Both the position numbers and the translations under genes were made by a program. A DNA stretch of 64,000 nt from the NCBI GenBank assembly GCA_963806535.1, contig CAWDYC010000004.1, forward strand, positions 192,001-256,000, read 5' to 3'. The notes below the pieces were generated by a model, which worked only from the letters and a program-made list of their open reading frames with translations, searched no databases and was not told the origin of the DNA. The DNA comes from Candidatus Bathyarchaeota archaeon. GTDB taxonomy: Archaea > Thermoproteota > Bathyarchaeia > Bathyarchaeales > Bathycorpusculaceae. How positions within the stretch are numbered: position 1 is the first letter of the stretch; every line of letters begins with the position of its first letter. This document shows positions 36,730 to 46,678 of this stretch, piece by piece.

Positions 36730-38043
36730 ATGAAAAGTACATATATAATTATTGCAGCAATCGTCGTAATCGTTATCATCATTGGCGGCGTCTTTGCTTA
36801 TCAGTCGTTATCATCTTCTCCAACTCCATCTCCCACTCCTACTCCAACAACTTCAACTCCAACAGCAACTCCTACATCTTCACCTACTTCGTCCCCAACC
36901 TCTTCTCCAACATCACATCCAACTTCAACCCCAACAGCTACTCCAACTGCAACGCCCTCCCCAACTCCAACGCCAACATTATCGCCAGCAACCCTTAACG
37001 GCGCAGGAGGCACACTTGTCGCCCCACTAATGTCGGTTTGGCAACCAGCCTATCAACAAGTCATGCACCAAATAACAGTTAACTACAACCCAGTCGGAAG
37101 CGGAGCCGGAATTACTCAATTCACCCAACAAGTAGTCGATTTCGGTGAATCCGATGCACCAATGACTGCAGCACAATATACAGGTCTTCCATCAGGGACA
37201 ACCGCTCTAACTATACCAATATCTGCCAGCGCAGTCGTACCAGCGTATAACTTAAAACTTGTTAACGGTTCAGCTTGTCAGAATGGCCTCAATTTCACAG
37301 GAACAGTTTTAGCAAACATTTTCTTAGGAACTATAACTACATGGAACGACCCAGCTATCCAAGCACTACAAAGCCCATCAGTAGCCGCTCAACTGCCAAG
37401 TACAGCAATAACCACTGTTCACCGATCTGACGGAAGCGGAACCATGTTTGCCTTCGTTGATTTCTTAGGCAAATCAAGTAGCACATGGCTATCACAGGTT
37501 GGAGCACCAAGTACAGCTCCAAGTTGGCCATCAGCTCCAGCCCAAATAGCAGCTCCCAAAAATGCAGGTGTAGCAGCTGCCATATCCCAAAAGGATGGCG
37601 CAATTGGTCCACTTGAAATTGCCTACATACTTGAAAACACAGGTCAAACCTCGGTATTTTATGGCACAGTTCAAAATTCGGCAGGCACATTTATCTTAGC
37701 TAATGTTACAAACATTGCAGCTGCGCTTCAAGCAGGAGCTTCTTCTGGTCTTCCAGCTGGAAATGCTTCATGGACAAGTGTCTCTATAGTCGACAATATA
37801 TATGGCAATACAACAGCTTCTACCGTCTATCCAATAGTAACGATGACTTATGCTTTGGTGTATCAAGCACAAACTAGTTTAACTCAAGGTGCAGCTCTCG
37901 TCAACTTCATGTCATGGATCGTAAACTCAGGCCAAAACTTAGGAACAGGATTAGGCTACGTCCCATTGCCAGCTAACATAGTCGCTGTTGACAACGCAAC
38001 ACTCAAATTAGTCACATACAACGGAACGCCAATACTACAATAG
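36730..38043 (+). CDS. pstS: Phosphate ABC transporter substrate-binding protein with TM anchor and Pro/Thr/Ser linker
   Basis: LNGAGGT, GSGAGI, VDFGESDAP, HRSDGSGT, GYVPLP. Confidence 0.95.
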   Translation: MKSTYIIIAAIVVIVIIIGGVFAYQSLSSSPTPSPTPTPTTSTPTATPTSSPTSSPTSSPTSHPTSTPTATPTATPSPTPTPTLSPATLNGAGGTLVAPLMSVWQPAYQQVMHQITVNYNPVGSGAGITQFTQQVVDFGESDAPMTAAQYTGLPSGTTALTIPISASAVVPAYNLKLVNGSACQNGLNFTGTVLANIFLGTITTWNDPAIQALQSPSVAAQLPSTAITTVHRSDGSGTMFAFVDFLGKSSSTWLSQVGAPSTAPSWPSAPAQIAAPKNAGVAAAISQKDGAIGPLEIAYILENTGQTSVFYGTVQNSAGTFILANVTNIAAALQAGASSGLPAGNASWTSVSIVDNIYGNTTASTVYPIVTMTYALVYQAQTSLTQGAALVNFMSWIVNSGQNLGTGLGYVPLPANIVAVDNATLKLVTYNGTPILQ

Positions 38044-38106
38044 GACTTAATAGGGTATTATTCCCTTATTTTTTTGTATTAATCAAAATATTGAGGCACT
38101 ATAAAG

Positions 38107-39037
38107 TTGCGATTCAGACTGCCAAGAGGAGACACAATACTAAAGATCGTTCTTGTTGCAGCCGCTCTATTCATTATAGGTACTTGTTATAGGTCTTGCA
38201 GTTGAACTTTATCTTGGCTCTGCTCAATCGATTGGTAGATTTGGATTTAGTTTTTTGTCTGGATCAAAATGGCAACCCACTCAGAATATTCTTAGCGCTT
38301 TGCCTTTTATTTATGGAACATTGTTAACATCGGCAATTGCTATTGTCATAGGATTCCCGATTAGTCTGGGAGTAGCAGTCTTTATCTCTGAGAAACTTAA
38401 AAGTCATCAGACTTTTGGTTATACATTAGGCACAGTTGTTGACCTTTTAGCTGCAGTGCCAAGTGTTATTTACGGTTTATGGGGAGTGTTTGTTCTAATC
38501 CCTCTTTTGCGTGATTACGTGGAAACGCCTCTGCATAAATCTCTTGGGTTTATTCCCTTATTTTCTGGGAGTCCTTTTGGATACGATTTTTTTACTGCTG
38601 GCGTTCTTTTGGCTATAATGATTATTCCAACAATGTCAGCAGTTACAAGAGATGTGTTGAGTGTGGTCCCGAATAGTCAGCGAGAAGCAATGTACTCGCT
38701 TGGCGCTACGGATTGGGAAGTTACTCAAAAAAGCGTCTTGCCCTACGCTCGGTCAGGAATATTTGGCGCCTTTGTTTTGGGGCTAGGACGTGCTTTCGGT
38801 GAAACAATGGCAGTAACCATGGTAATTGGCAACATTCCCAATATTAGCACCAATTTGTTTTCGGCAGGTGCCACTTTGTCTTCGCTAATAGCAAACTCAT
38901 TCGGCGAATCTTCAGGACTTTATCAATCAGCCGTAATCGAAATAGGATTAATCCTGTTTTTTGTTGCTTTGTTAGTTAACTTTCTTGCCCGATTTATGCT
39001 TTGGAGGATGACTCGTGGAACACGAGTTAAGAATTGA
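38107..39037 (+). CDS. pstC: Phosphate ABC transporter permease PstC (5' frameshift)
   Basis: LAAVPSVIYGLWG, REAMYSLGAT.WE, GRAFGETMAV. Confidence 0.93.
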
Positions 39038-39049
39038 GGGAATGAAGCA

Positions 39050-39925
39050 ATGAAAGAATTTACTATGCCTGCGGGCATTTCAATCTGGCGAAAAATACTT
39101 AACAAGTTAATGACAATATTAGTAATAGCGGCTGTAGTTCTAGCCGTAATTCCTCTTTTACTAATACTTGGCGACGTTTTCATACGAGGGGCACCAGCCA
39201 TAAGCATCGGCTTTCTAACCAAATTACCTACAGCGCCAAATGTTACAGGCGGAGGAATAGCTAATGCAATAGTTGGATCTTTTACCATGGTAGGAATTGC
39301 CTCCCTTATCGCTGTTCCAATCGGCATTGGAGCAGGCATTTATTTTTCAGAATGGTCTTCGTCTAAGCTTTCCACAATTTCAGGCTTTATGAATGATGTA
39401 CTTACAGGTTTTCCATCAATTGTTTTGGGACTATTTGTTTTCGTAGTAATAGTTTTAAGCACGAAGCAGTTTTCTGCTTTTGCCGCTGGTGTAGCCCTTA
39501 GTTTTGTGATGCTCCCAATCATCGCAAGAACGACAAGTGAATCTCTAAAGCTTGTTCCTAATACCTTAAGAGAAGCATCGATGGCTCTAGGAATTCCCCG
39601 ATGGAAAACAGTGATTAGAATAGTTATCGGTACAGGGAAAAATGGTCTATTAACAGGTATTTTGTTGGCTGTGGCAAGAGCAATGGGAGAAACAGCTCCC
39701 ATACTACTTACGGCATCTACAAGCATTTACTTTGCAAAAAGCATTTTTCAGCCAACAGCTTCATTAACAGTCCTAATCTATAATTACGCTACTTCTGCTT
39801 CTAGAATTTGGCAAACTCAGGCATGGGGAGCGGCTTTAGTCCTTATTCTTTTTATGCTTGGGTTGAATCTTCTGGTGAAGTTTACCGTGGGTAGAAATCT
39901 AACAGGATCAAGGTTGGAGACGTAG
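39050..39925 (+). CDS. pstA: Phosphate ABC transporter permease PstA
   Basis: GGIANAIVGS, PSIVLGLF, REASMALG, ARAMGETAP. Confidence 0.95.
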   Translation: MKEFTMPAGISIWRKILNKLMTILVIAAVVLAVIPLLLILGDVFIRGAPAISIGFLTKLPTAPNVTGGGIANAIVGSFTMVGIASLIAVPIGIGAGIYFSEWSSSKLSTISGFMNDVLTGFPSIVLGLFVFVVIVLSTKQFSAFAAGVALSFVMLPIIARTTSESLKLVPNTLREASMALGIPRWKTVIRIVIGTGKNGLLTGILLAVARAMGETAPILLTASTSIYFAKSIFQPTASLTVLIYNYATSASRIWQTQAWGAALVLILFMLGLNLLVKFTVGRNLTGSRLET

Positions 39926-39984
39926 AGGAATGATAAGAAACTCAAAAGAATTAATACAAAAACATGTTAGGGTGAGCAATAATA

Positions 39985-40770
39985 ATGAGTGACAACAAAA
40001 ACTCGGATTTATCAGGGGTTAAGTTAGCAACAAAAGATTTGAAAGCCAAATTTGGAAAACTACAGGTTCTAAAGGGTATCAACCTAACCTTCCCTGAAAA
40101 TAAAGTAACAGCCATTATGGGACCTTCGGGATGTGGAAAAACCACTTTGATAAGATGCCTCAACCGAATTCATGAATTAACTCCAGGCGCAAAAGTTGAA
40201 GGAGAAGTAATTTTGGACGGAGTAAACATATACTCTTCACAAGTTGATCCTGTCGCAATCCGCAGAAGAATAGGCATGGTCTTCCAGAAAGCGAATCCTT
40301 TCCCCACGATGTCAATCTTTGACAACGCGGTAGCGGGCTTGAAACTTGCAGGTGTGAGAAATAAGGAACTTCTAGATCGCATGGCAGAAAAGAGTCTTCG
40401 AATGGCTTTCCTGTGGGATGAAGTAAAAGATGATCTGAAAAAATCAGGCACAAACTTGTCCGGGGGACAACAACAGAGACTTTGCATTGCACGTGCTCTT
40501 GCTGTTGAACCAGAAATTATCTTAATGGATGAACCTTGCTCAGCTCTTGACCCTATTGCTACAGCCAAAATCGAAGAGTCTATTGCAGCGCTTAAGAAGG
40601 ATTTCACAATTGTCATTGTCACTCATAATTTGCAGCAGGCTGCGCGTGTTTCTGACTACACAGCTTTCATGTATTTAGGTCAACTCATCGAGTTCGGGCC
40701 AACAAAAGAGATTTTTGAGCGTCCTAATAACCCGTTAACAGAGAAATATATAACTGGAGAATTCGGATAA
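39985..40770 (+). CDS. pstB: Phosphate ABC transporter ATPase
   Basis: [40 protein letters not shown]. Confidence 0.97.
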   Translation: MSDNKNSDLSGVKLATKDLKAKFGKLQVLKGINLTFPENKVTAIMGPSGCGKTTLIRCLNRIHELTPGAKVEGEVILDGVNIYSSQVDPVAIRRRIGMVFQKANPFPTMSIFDNAVAGLKLAGVRNKELLDRMAEKSLRMAFLWDEVKDDLKKSGTNLSGGQQQRLCIARALAVEPEIILMDEPCSALDPIATAKIEESIAALKKDFTIVIVTHNLQQAARVSDYTAFMYLGQLIEFGPTKEIFERPNNPLTEKYITGEFG

Positions 40771-40777
40771 TAGATGG

Positions 40778-41428
40778 ATGGCTATGAGCAGAATAATTGA
40801 CCCTGGGTTAGAAGAACAATCAGTACTAATCACTAGAATGGGCGAATTAACCTATGAAACGTTAGCTCTGTCTATTCAAGGATACCTTAAAGGAAAAAGC
40901 GTTCAAGAAGAAGTTCGGGAAATGTCAGATATGCTGATTGCAATGGCTGATAAGATTGAAGACAAAAGCTTTGAATTAATCGCTCGGTTTCAACCAGTCG
41001 CTACTGATCTTAGAACAATAAAATCGTACATGAAAATTAGCAATGACTTTGCAAGGTTCGGTAGGTACGCACTTGACATATCATTCATAAATGACAAACT
41101 TCGAGGCTTAAACGAATGCGAAAACTGGTGCAAAGATGAAGTTTCAGAAATGAGCGAAAAAGTCCTCCAAACCGTCAGAATAAGCATTGACTCGCTTAGA
41201 AAACATGATTTAATACTGGCTAAATCTATCTCCCAAACCGAACGTGAGGTTGACAAGATGTATTTTGATTTTCTTCAACAGCTTATCACGTCAGAAGAAG
41301 ATAACAATAAATGCGTAATTTCCAGTGTATTGATGACTAGATATTTAGAGCGCATAGCGGATCACGCAACTTACATTTGCGAATCGATCGTGTACATTGT
41401 AACTGGTGAAAAAATAAGCCTTGGATAA
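40778..41428 (+). CDS. phoU: Phosphate transport regulator PhoU
   Basis: RFQPVATDLR and RYLERIADHA..I.E...YIVTG. Confidence 0.92.
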   Translation: MAMSRIIDPGLEEQSVLITRMGELTYETLALSIQGYLKGKSVQEEVREMSDMLIAMADKIEDKSFELIARFQPVATDLRTIKSYMKISNDFARFGRYALDISFINDKLRGLNECENWCKDEVSEMSEKVLQTVRISIDSLRKHDLILAKSISQTEREVDKMYFDFLQQLITSEEDNNKCVISSVLMTRYLERIADHATYICESIVYIVTGEKISLG

Positions 41429-41492
41429 TATGACCCAAGGGTTGAATTGTTACCCGTCTTAGGTTTTTGTGCTAATGGTTTTCAACATGGGT

Positions 41493-41690
41493 GAACATGG
41501 TTTCATGATCGGGGTCTAGTCGCTCTTATTTTTGAAATATGAAGATCTTCCATGTGAATATATAGAGTATATTCAGATTTGGCCCATGAACGAGGGTCTA
41601 TTTGCCCTTATTTTTGAAAAGTGGAAACCTTTGACCCCCCTTTAAATAGAGCATATAAATGCTAACATAGCTCCATGAACCGGGGAGGGG
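41493..41690 (+). repeat. Three degenerate copies of a CATGA(A/T)C..GGG motif
   Basis: Core CATGA at 41504, 41585 and 41674; copies 1 and 2 are both followed by CTTATTTTTGAAA. Confidence 0.55.
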
Positions 41691-41790
41691 CTAAGTCCTC
41701 TTTGTTCGGGGAAGTCAAATCTTTCTCCTTGTTTTTATACCCTGAATGGAGTAATGTTCAAAAGCAACTCTTCAACCTGAGATTAAGGTA

Positions 41791-42429
41791 ATGATACCTA
41801 TTCTGAATGTTAATTGGCAAAGCCTTCCAGCCGACTATTCCCTCAGCGAACGCGACGCTGACGTGTTGGCGCTAATCGAAAACGAAGACTTAGCCATATT
41901 CACATTCGACGGGTTAAAACGAAGAACCGGACTGCATTCCGAAACGCTCTCCCGCATCCTCAGCCGACTTGAGCAAGAGGGCATAGTGAAAAAAGAAGCT
42001 GAAGGATACCGCGTAACCCCAAAAATAACTGAATTAAAACTTCACCAACCACGCAAAGAAGAACAGTCAACACCGCTAATCCAAACTTTCCTACCATCAG
42101 ACCTAATGACCCAGCAACTTATTCTGTCGCTTAAAGGCAAATGGTTCGGTGTACTTCGCTGGCTGGGCATTTCAGAAAACAACCAAGGCATCACGTTGAA
42201 GTGGATTACCGAAGATGGCGGCATCCAAATAGCTGCAAACATTCAAGGAACAGCCCTAAACATAGAAGCTAAATTCTTAACAAACAACAACTTGAATTTG
42301 GCGTTGAAAGCTTCATATCAGCTTATGGCAAATATCGGCAAGCTCTGTCAAAGCTCACATGCAGCCAAGCATGCTTTAGCTCAGAACGTGGCTTACTATG
42401 GCAACTCACCTTTTATGATGCCTGCCTAA
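41791..42429 (+). CDS. Winged-helix DNA-binding protein
   Basis: FTFDGLKRRTGLHSETLSRILSRLEQEGIV..GYRVT. Confidence 0.75.
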   Translation: MIPILNVNWQSLPADYSLSERDADVLALIENEDLAIFTFDGLKRRTGLHSETLSRILSRLEQEGIVKKEAEGYRVTPKITELKLHQPRKEEQSTPLIQTFLPSDLMTQQLILSLKGKWFGVLRWLGISENNQGITLKWITEDGGIQIAANIQGTALNIEAKFLTNNNLNLALKASYQLMANIGKLCQSSHAAKHALAQNVAYYGNSPFMMPA

Positions 42430-42490
42430 CTTTTTGTGACTAACTTTTGATGTTCCTTAGTCAACAAATACCATTTTGCCATAATATCTT

Positions 42491-43438
42491 ATGGTGAAAA
42501 ACAAAATGACTCAACTAGTTAACCCGTTAGAGGTTCTCAAATCACTCTCAGAAGCAACAAGCATGCTCATCAAGAAAGTCTCAGAGTCTGTAGTTAGCGT
42601 AAAAGCGCAAATGTCACGCGGCACAGGCGTTGTCTTAACACAAGACGGCTACATCATCACCTGCAACCATGTCCTCCAAGGATGCAACGCAATCAAAATC
42701 GGACAAGGAGAAAAAACATTCAACGCAAAAATCGTTGGAACCGACCCATACAACGACTTAGCCTTGATAAAAGCAGAGAAAGGAGAATTTACACCCATAC
42801 AATTGGCCGATTCAGAAAAACTAAGCGTAGGCCAATATGTTTTGGCTCTCGCTAACCCGTTTAACAGAAATCAGCCAACCGCAACCAGCGGCATGGTAAC
42901 CAGCGTAAACAGCACAATCAGAGGCTGGCGAGGAAGCACACAAATGGAAAACGTCATCGCCACCGACGCACAGCTTAACCCAGGCTTCAGCGGCGGACCA
43001 CTTGTAGATGCAGACGGCAAAATAATCGGCATAAACACAGCTTATGTTTGGCAAAGAGGCATAGCCATTCCAATAAACAAAGTAAAAGCAGTCGCTGACA
43101 GATTAATGACTGGAAAAGTAGCTCAAAAAGGCTACCTCGGCATAATCGCAAACACTGTTGCAATTCCAGAAGAAATCGCTGAACAAGCAGGTTTAGAACA
43201 AGAAAGCGGAGTAATGATATTCTCTGTTGAACCAGGCTCTCCAGCGCGCAAAGCAGGCTTAGCAATGGGCGATGTGCTCGTAAAATTCAATGATAAACCA
43301 GTAACTGACTTCTACGATCTACCAAGATTGCTCGCTGAAGACGTTATCGACAAAGAAACCAAGCTAACCATCATCCGACGAGAAAACCTCATTGAAGTAA
43401 CAATTGTTCCAACAGTTCACGGAGGCGAAGAAGACTGA
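42491..43438 (+). CDS. HtrA/DegP-like trypsin serine protease with PDZ domain
   Basis: ITCNHV, DLALIK, TDAQLNPGFSGGPL triad; SPARKAGL..GD PDZ; no N-terminal TM. Confidence 0.93.
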   Translation: MVKNKMTQLVNPLEVLKSLSEATSMLIKKVSESVVSVKAQMSRGTGVVLTQDGYIITCNHVLQGCNAIKIGQGEKTFNAKIVGTDPYNDLALIKAEKGEFTPIQLADSEKLSVGQYVLALANPFNRNQPTATSGMVTSVNSTIRGWRGSTQMENVIATDAQLNPGFSGGPLVDADGKIIGINTAYVWQRGIAIPINKVKAVADRLMTGKVAQKGYLGIIANTVAIPEEIAEQAGLEQESGVMIFSVEPGSPARKAGLAMGDVLVKFNDKPVTDFYDLPRLLAEDVIDKETKLTIIRRENLIEVTIVPTVHGGEED

Positions 43439-43664
43439 TAAATCGTATGCCCTTAGAAATTGAACCGCCATCTCCAATGCCAAACCCGCCACTAAGACGC
43501 TCATCCTCATCCTATGCCACAACTAACCAATGCAAGCGCTGTTGCTTCAACGGCCCCTTTTCCATCTGTTTTTGATTAAGAAAGGAAAAGAGCTTTTTCT
43601 TTTTTTGTTTTTTATGAATTATTTTATAAGCAGATTCTAACTATCCACTAATCAAGGTGTTCGT

Positions 43665-44058
43665 ATGCATGCTGGGTTAGCCTTTGTTGTAGGAATTTTA
43701 GTGACCATTGCGGCGTTCCTCTTTTTCGCTGCAATTTCAGGAACAACTTATTATGGCTTAGCAATTTCGGTCGAATTAACCCTTGGAGTGACTCTCATTA
43801 TTGTCGCTTTGATTGTTGCAGCAATATTTTATGTTGGTGTCAAAGCTCAGTTTAGATAGAGTTAAAACAGGGAAAGAAGCCTTAGTCGGGTCCAAAGGTA
43901 TCGCAACGAGCGACTTGAAACCTGAAGGCGAAATACGGGTAATGGGTGAATTCTGGAAAGCTACGGCCAAAGATACCCCAATAGCAGTTGGTCAAGTCGT
44001 GGAAGTTGTCGGTATGGAAGGAATGTTACTTGTCGTAAAACCAGCCTTTACGTCTTGA
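43665..44058 (+). CDS. Short NfeD-family membrane protein (frameshifted); its 3' end is the integration site
   Basis: TM helices plus TGKEALVG.KG....L.PEGE.RV.GEFWKA...VEVVG.EG..LVV OB-fold; original tail VVKPAEQKA* is at 49157-49187. Confidence 0.88.
44030..44046 (+). repeat. attL, 17-bp direct repeat TTGTCGTAAAACCAGCC
   Basis: Identical to 49156-49172; flanking bases differ on both sides. Confidence 0.95.
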
Positions 44059-44078
44059 TAGATTTCTTGTGTTGTCAT
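44030..44078 (-). CDS. Integrase N-terminal fragment int(N): MTTQEIYQDVKAGFTT
   Basis: ATG at 44078 overlaps the RHH stop (ATGA) and runs through attL in the same register as the integrase frame at attR. Confidence 0.8.
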
Positions 44079-44209
44079 TGTTTTTTATCTTCTTTGAAGT
44101 GTTGTTCTAATGCTTGGTTGATGATGTTTGATATGTCGCCTCTTTTGCGGTTTTTTTCTCTTAATTTGTTTTCGTTTTCGGGGGTTATATTAAAAATTAT
44201 TTTTACCAT
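44075..44209 (-). CDS. Ribbon-helix-helix (CopG-like) protein, 44 aa (not in ORF track)
   Basis: MVKIIFNITPENENKLREKNRKRGDISNIINQALEQHFKEDKKQ*; beta-alpha-alpha pattern with S.II..AL. Confidence 0.75.
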   Translation of the reverse strand: MVKIIFNITPENENKLREKNRKRGDISNIINQALEQHFKEDKKQ

Positions 44210-44351
44210 TTTGTTTATTCCTTCATTTATTAGAGTTGTAATTGGATAGCTGAATATATAGATATCTTTGTTTTCTTATTATCTAAGATTGGTTTTTCCT
44301 TTGTTGTTTAATTTCTTATTTGTTGATGGTTTTTTATTTTTCAAGTTTTGT

Positions 44352-44456
44352 TAAGTCCCCTTTCTAAGATAGAAGGGGATTTAGGGGCAAGTGTGATAGC
44401 ATACTATAACCTATCTTTTATCAAGAGGTTGGGAAGGAGAGGGATGCTCTCTCCTT
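44352..44456. other. Two hairpins in the element's non-coding region; candidate replication origin
   Basis: Stems 44352-44366/44370-44383 and 44434-44443/44447-44456. Confidence 0.4.
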
Positions 44457-44650
44457 AGTTGTTTTACGTGTGAGTGTCTCTCTCGTTTTTGATGGTTCTG
44501 GGTTTGAGTTAGTTAAATTAGAATATTTTTAGTTTGTTTGTTGGTTTTATTGTATTTTTGTTAGTTTGTAAGTGTGTTTGTTTGTATCTTAATAGTTACG
44601 ATATGTTTAAATTATCATTTGATAAGTTATTAGTCAAGGGGTGATTTAGT

Positions 44651-44746
44651 TTGAAGTGTGAAAGGTGTGGTGTTGAGTTAATCGGGGAAGGTATTGTTTT
44701 CTGTTCTGGTTGTGCAGAAAAAATTTACAGTTCTTTGTCCAGTTAA
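44651..44746 (+). CDS. Tiny zinc-ribbon protein, 31 aa (not in ORF track)
   Basis: GGGGTGA RBS; MKCERCGVELIGEGIVFCSGCAEKIYSSLSS*. Confidence 0.6.
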   Translation: MKCERCGVELIGEGIVFCSGCAEKIYSSLSS

Positions 44747-44750
44747 CTTT

Positions 44751-45434
44751 TTAATTTTCTTTTTTTGTTTCTTTGTTTTTTAGTAGCTCTTCAGTGAATT
44801 CTTTTATTAATTCTTTCATTGATCTATCCCAGTTTATGGTTATTTCTTCATTGAGTTTTTCCCAATTTATAGCTGTTTTAGCGTTCAGTTTTGCTTGGTC
44901 TATTATACATTGGTTAATATCTACTTCTTTTATGATTTTGGTTGTTGCTTCTATTAGTATTTGAGTAAACCATTCGTAATTTAGCCATAGATGCAATTTT
45001 GTAAGGGTTTCTATTTCTTTAAGAGGTATATCTTTATGATTTTGAATTGTTTTTAAAAGTCTTATGAAATTGGTTTGATTCCATTTGTTGATTAGGTCTA
45101 AGATAATTAATGGATTGTTTTTTGTTTCCTTTAGTATTGCGTCTATTTTGTTTGAAAATTTTTTCATAATTTCCATTGTTTTTGTGGCTTCTATAATATC
45201 AGATTGGGCTTTGTAGAGGACTGGAATTGGATATTTTTCGCTTTCGATGTCTCTTTTTCTGTCAATTAGACCGTCTTTGGTTAGCTGTTTTAGGTGTTTG
45301 TGTAGTGTTCTTGGGCTTAGTTTGGTAGTTTTTTTTAGGTTGTTGGTTCGGTGCCATTGTCCGTCGGATAGTGCTTTCCAGATTTTTGTTTGTGTTTCGT
45401 AAAATGCTTTTGTGTTTTTGTTTGATTGTATCAT
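44751..45434 (-). CDS. Winged-helix regulator of the element
   Basis: IWKALSDG.WH....LKKTTKLSPRTLHKHLKQLTKDGLI....YP.PVLY. Confidence 0.75.
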   Translation of the reverse strand: MIQSNKNTKAFYETQTKIWKALSDGQWHRTNNLKKTTKLSPRTLHKHLKQLTKDGLIDRKRDIESEKYPIPVLYKAQSDIIEATKTMEIMKKFSNKIDAILKETKNNPLIILDLINKWNQTNFIRLLKTIQNHKDIPLKEIETLTKLHLWLNYEWFTQILIEATTKIIKEVDINQCIIDQAKLNAKTAINWEKLNEEITINWDRSMKELIKEFTEELLKNKETKKEN

Positions 45435-45532
45435 TGTTTTTTACCTTTTTGATGGATGGGTTTACACCTTTTATGAGTTTATGTAGTGTATACTTATTAA
45501 TATTTTCTCGGTTGTTTTTTCGAGGATTAAAT

Positions 45533-45769
45533 ATGGTTAAACTTACTATTGATGTTAAAAAGTTGCTTTTTTTAAAAGTGTTGGTTTTAGTTGTTTCGTC
45601 GGTTTGTTTGTTGGCGATTTCATTGGTTTTTAGTTATGATTATTTTTTTGGATTTGATATTTTGGGTTTTAATCTTAGTTTAGGTTTTTCTGGTTTGCTT
45701 TTCTGTATAGGGATTTTTGAGTTGGCGTGGGCTTTAGCTTTAGTTAGTAGATTTCGGGGGAGAGTTTAA
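45533..45769 (+). CDS. Small two-TM membrane protein of the element
   Basis: GAGG RBS, MVKLTIDVKK start, two hydrophobic helices, basic C-terminus. Confidence 0.65.
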   Translation: MVKLTIDVKKLLFLKVLVLVVSSVCLLAISLVFSYDYFFGFDILGFNLSLGFSGLLFCIGIFELAWALALVSRFRGRV

Positions 45770-45770
45770 A

Positions 45771-46430
45771 ATGGTTTCAAAATATATTGCCCTTCCTTTT
45801 ACAATTATTATTTTGCTTAGTATATTTTCGCTTTTAGGGTTAGGTTCTGGTTCATTAACTCAAAGTATGTCTGGTTCTGGTGGATATGGTTCGGGTCAGG
45901 ATGCAAAAAATCCTGGTAATTATACTGGTTGGGTAGATATTTCAGGGCGGTTAATTTTAAATTCTAACGCTGAAGTGGTTGTAAATGATTCTGGTGGTTA
46001 TTTAACATCTGTAACAATCGGCTTCAATTATGGCGGTGGTTTCAATTACTATTGGAACAATGGTACTGGCAAATATTTGTTGACTGAAGTCGGAGCAATC
46101 ACTCAGGGTAATGGTCAAGAGTCAACTGGTGCACTTCAATGGAATTTGAGCACCAGTTTAGGGTTGCTTGTGATTGTGGTTTTGATTATGGGTGTTGGTG
46201 TTGTTGTTGGCTTTCATGTTTTTGGATCAGGTGAAAATGACGTTTCTGTTGGTATGGTGCTGAAAAATACGGGTTTTCTTATGCTTTGGGCGGTTTTTAG
46301 TTCTTTATCGCTTCATTTACTGACACTAATTCCAGATGGGCTTGGTGATATTTTATATTTTGTTTTAACTGGAATGCTAACCATTGGATTAATCGACAGT
46401 ATTGGGCATCCGTCTGGGGGTTATGATTGA
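45771..46430 (+). CDS. Membrane protein with signal/anchor helix, Gly/Asn-rich ectodomain and three C-terminal TMs (candidate virion protein)
   Basis: Hydropathy pattern; several N-x-S/T sequons (NYT, NDS, NGT, NLS). Confidence 0.7.
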   Translation: MVSKYIALPFTIIILLSIFSLLGLGSGSLTQSMSGSGGYGSGQDAKNPGNYTGWVDISGRLILNSNAEVVVNDSGGYLTSVTIGFNYGGGFNYYWNNGTGKYLLTEVGAITQGNGQESTGALQWNLSTSLGLLVIVVLIMGVGVVVGFHVFGSGENDVSVGMVLKNTGFLMLWAVFSSLSLHLLTLIPDGLGDILYFVLTGMLTIGLIDSIGHPSGGYD

Positions 46431-46672
46431 TGGGTGCTTCTGTTGTTGTTGGTTCTGTAATTGTGAATAAGGTTGAAAAAGATCGTTTGGCTGTTTGTCC
46501 TTATGCTGAACAGATTGCAGTTCGTTTTGGTGTTCCCCTTTGCCTTTGTTCTTTAGGGTTTGGGGCTTGTCCGTCTCATGGTAGGCGGGCGAAATTTAAG
46601 TTTCATTTTACTGGTTTTGAAGTTGTTTGGGTTTGTGATAGGCTGGATGGGTTTCCAGATTTGGAGCGATGA
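46427..46672 (+). CDS. Small Cys-rich hypothetical protein
   Basis: VCPYA...CLCSL...CP...WVC; overlaps the upstream stop and precedes rep. Confidence 0.55.
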   Translation: MMGASVVVGSVIVNKVEKDRLAVCPYAEQIAVRFGVPLCLCSLGFGACPSHGRRAKFKFHFTGFEVVWVCDRLDGFPDLER

Positions 46673-46678
46673 TTTTGT

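Noticed and set aside
36812-36985. Tandem ACTCCA/CCAACT-like repeats
   Set aside because: Encode the ordinary Pro/Thr/Ser linker of membrane-anchored PstS; not CRISPR or a mobile repeat
41493-41690. Possible CRISPR mini-array
   Set aside because: Repeats too degenerate, period 81-89 bp and no cas genes; kept only as a dispersed motif
44030-44046. att site as a tRNA 3' end
   Set aside because: No cloverleaf or T-loop (GTTCRA) sequence; the repeat is in frame within the nfeD coding end
44055-44249. Plus-strand 64-aa hydrophobic ORF (also 44773..44964, 48394..48591, 48630..48884, 48799..49074)
   Set aside because: Antisense shadows of the RHH, wHTH and integrase genes, caused by strand skew
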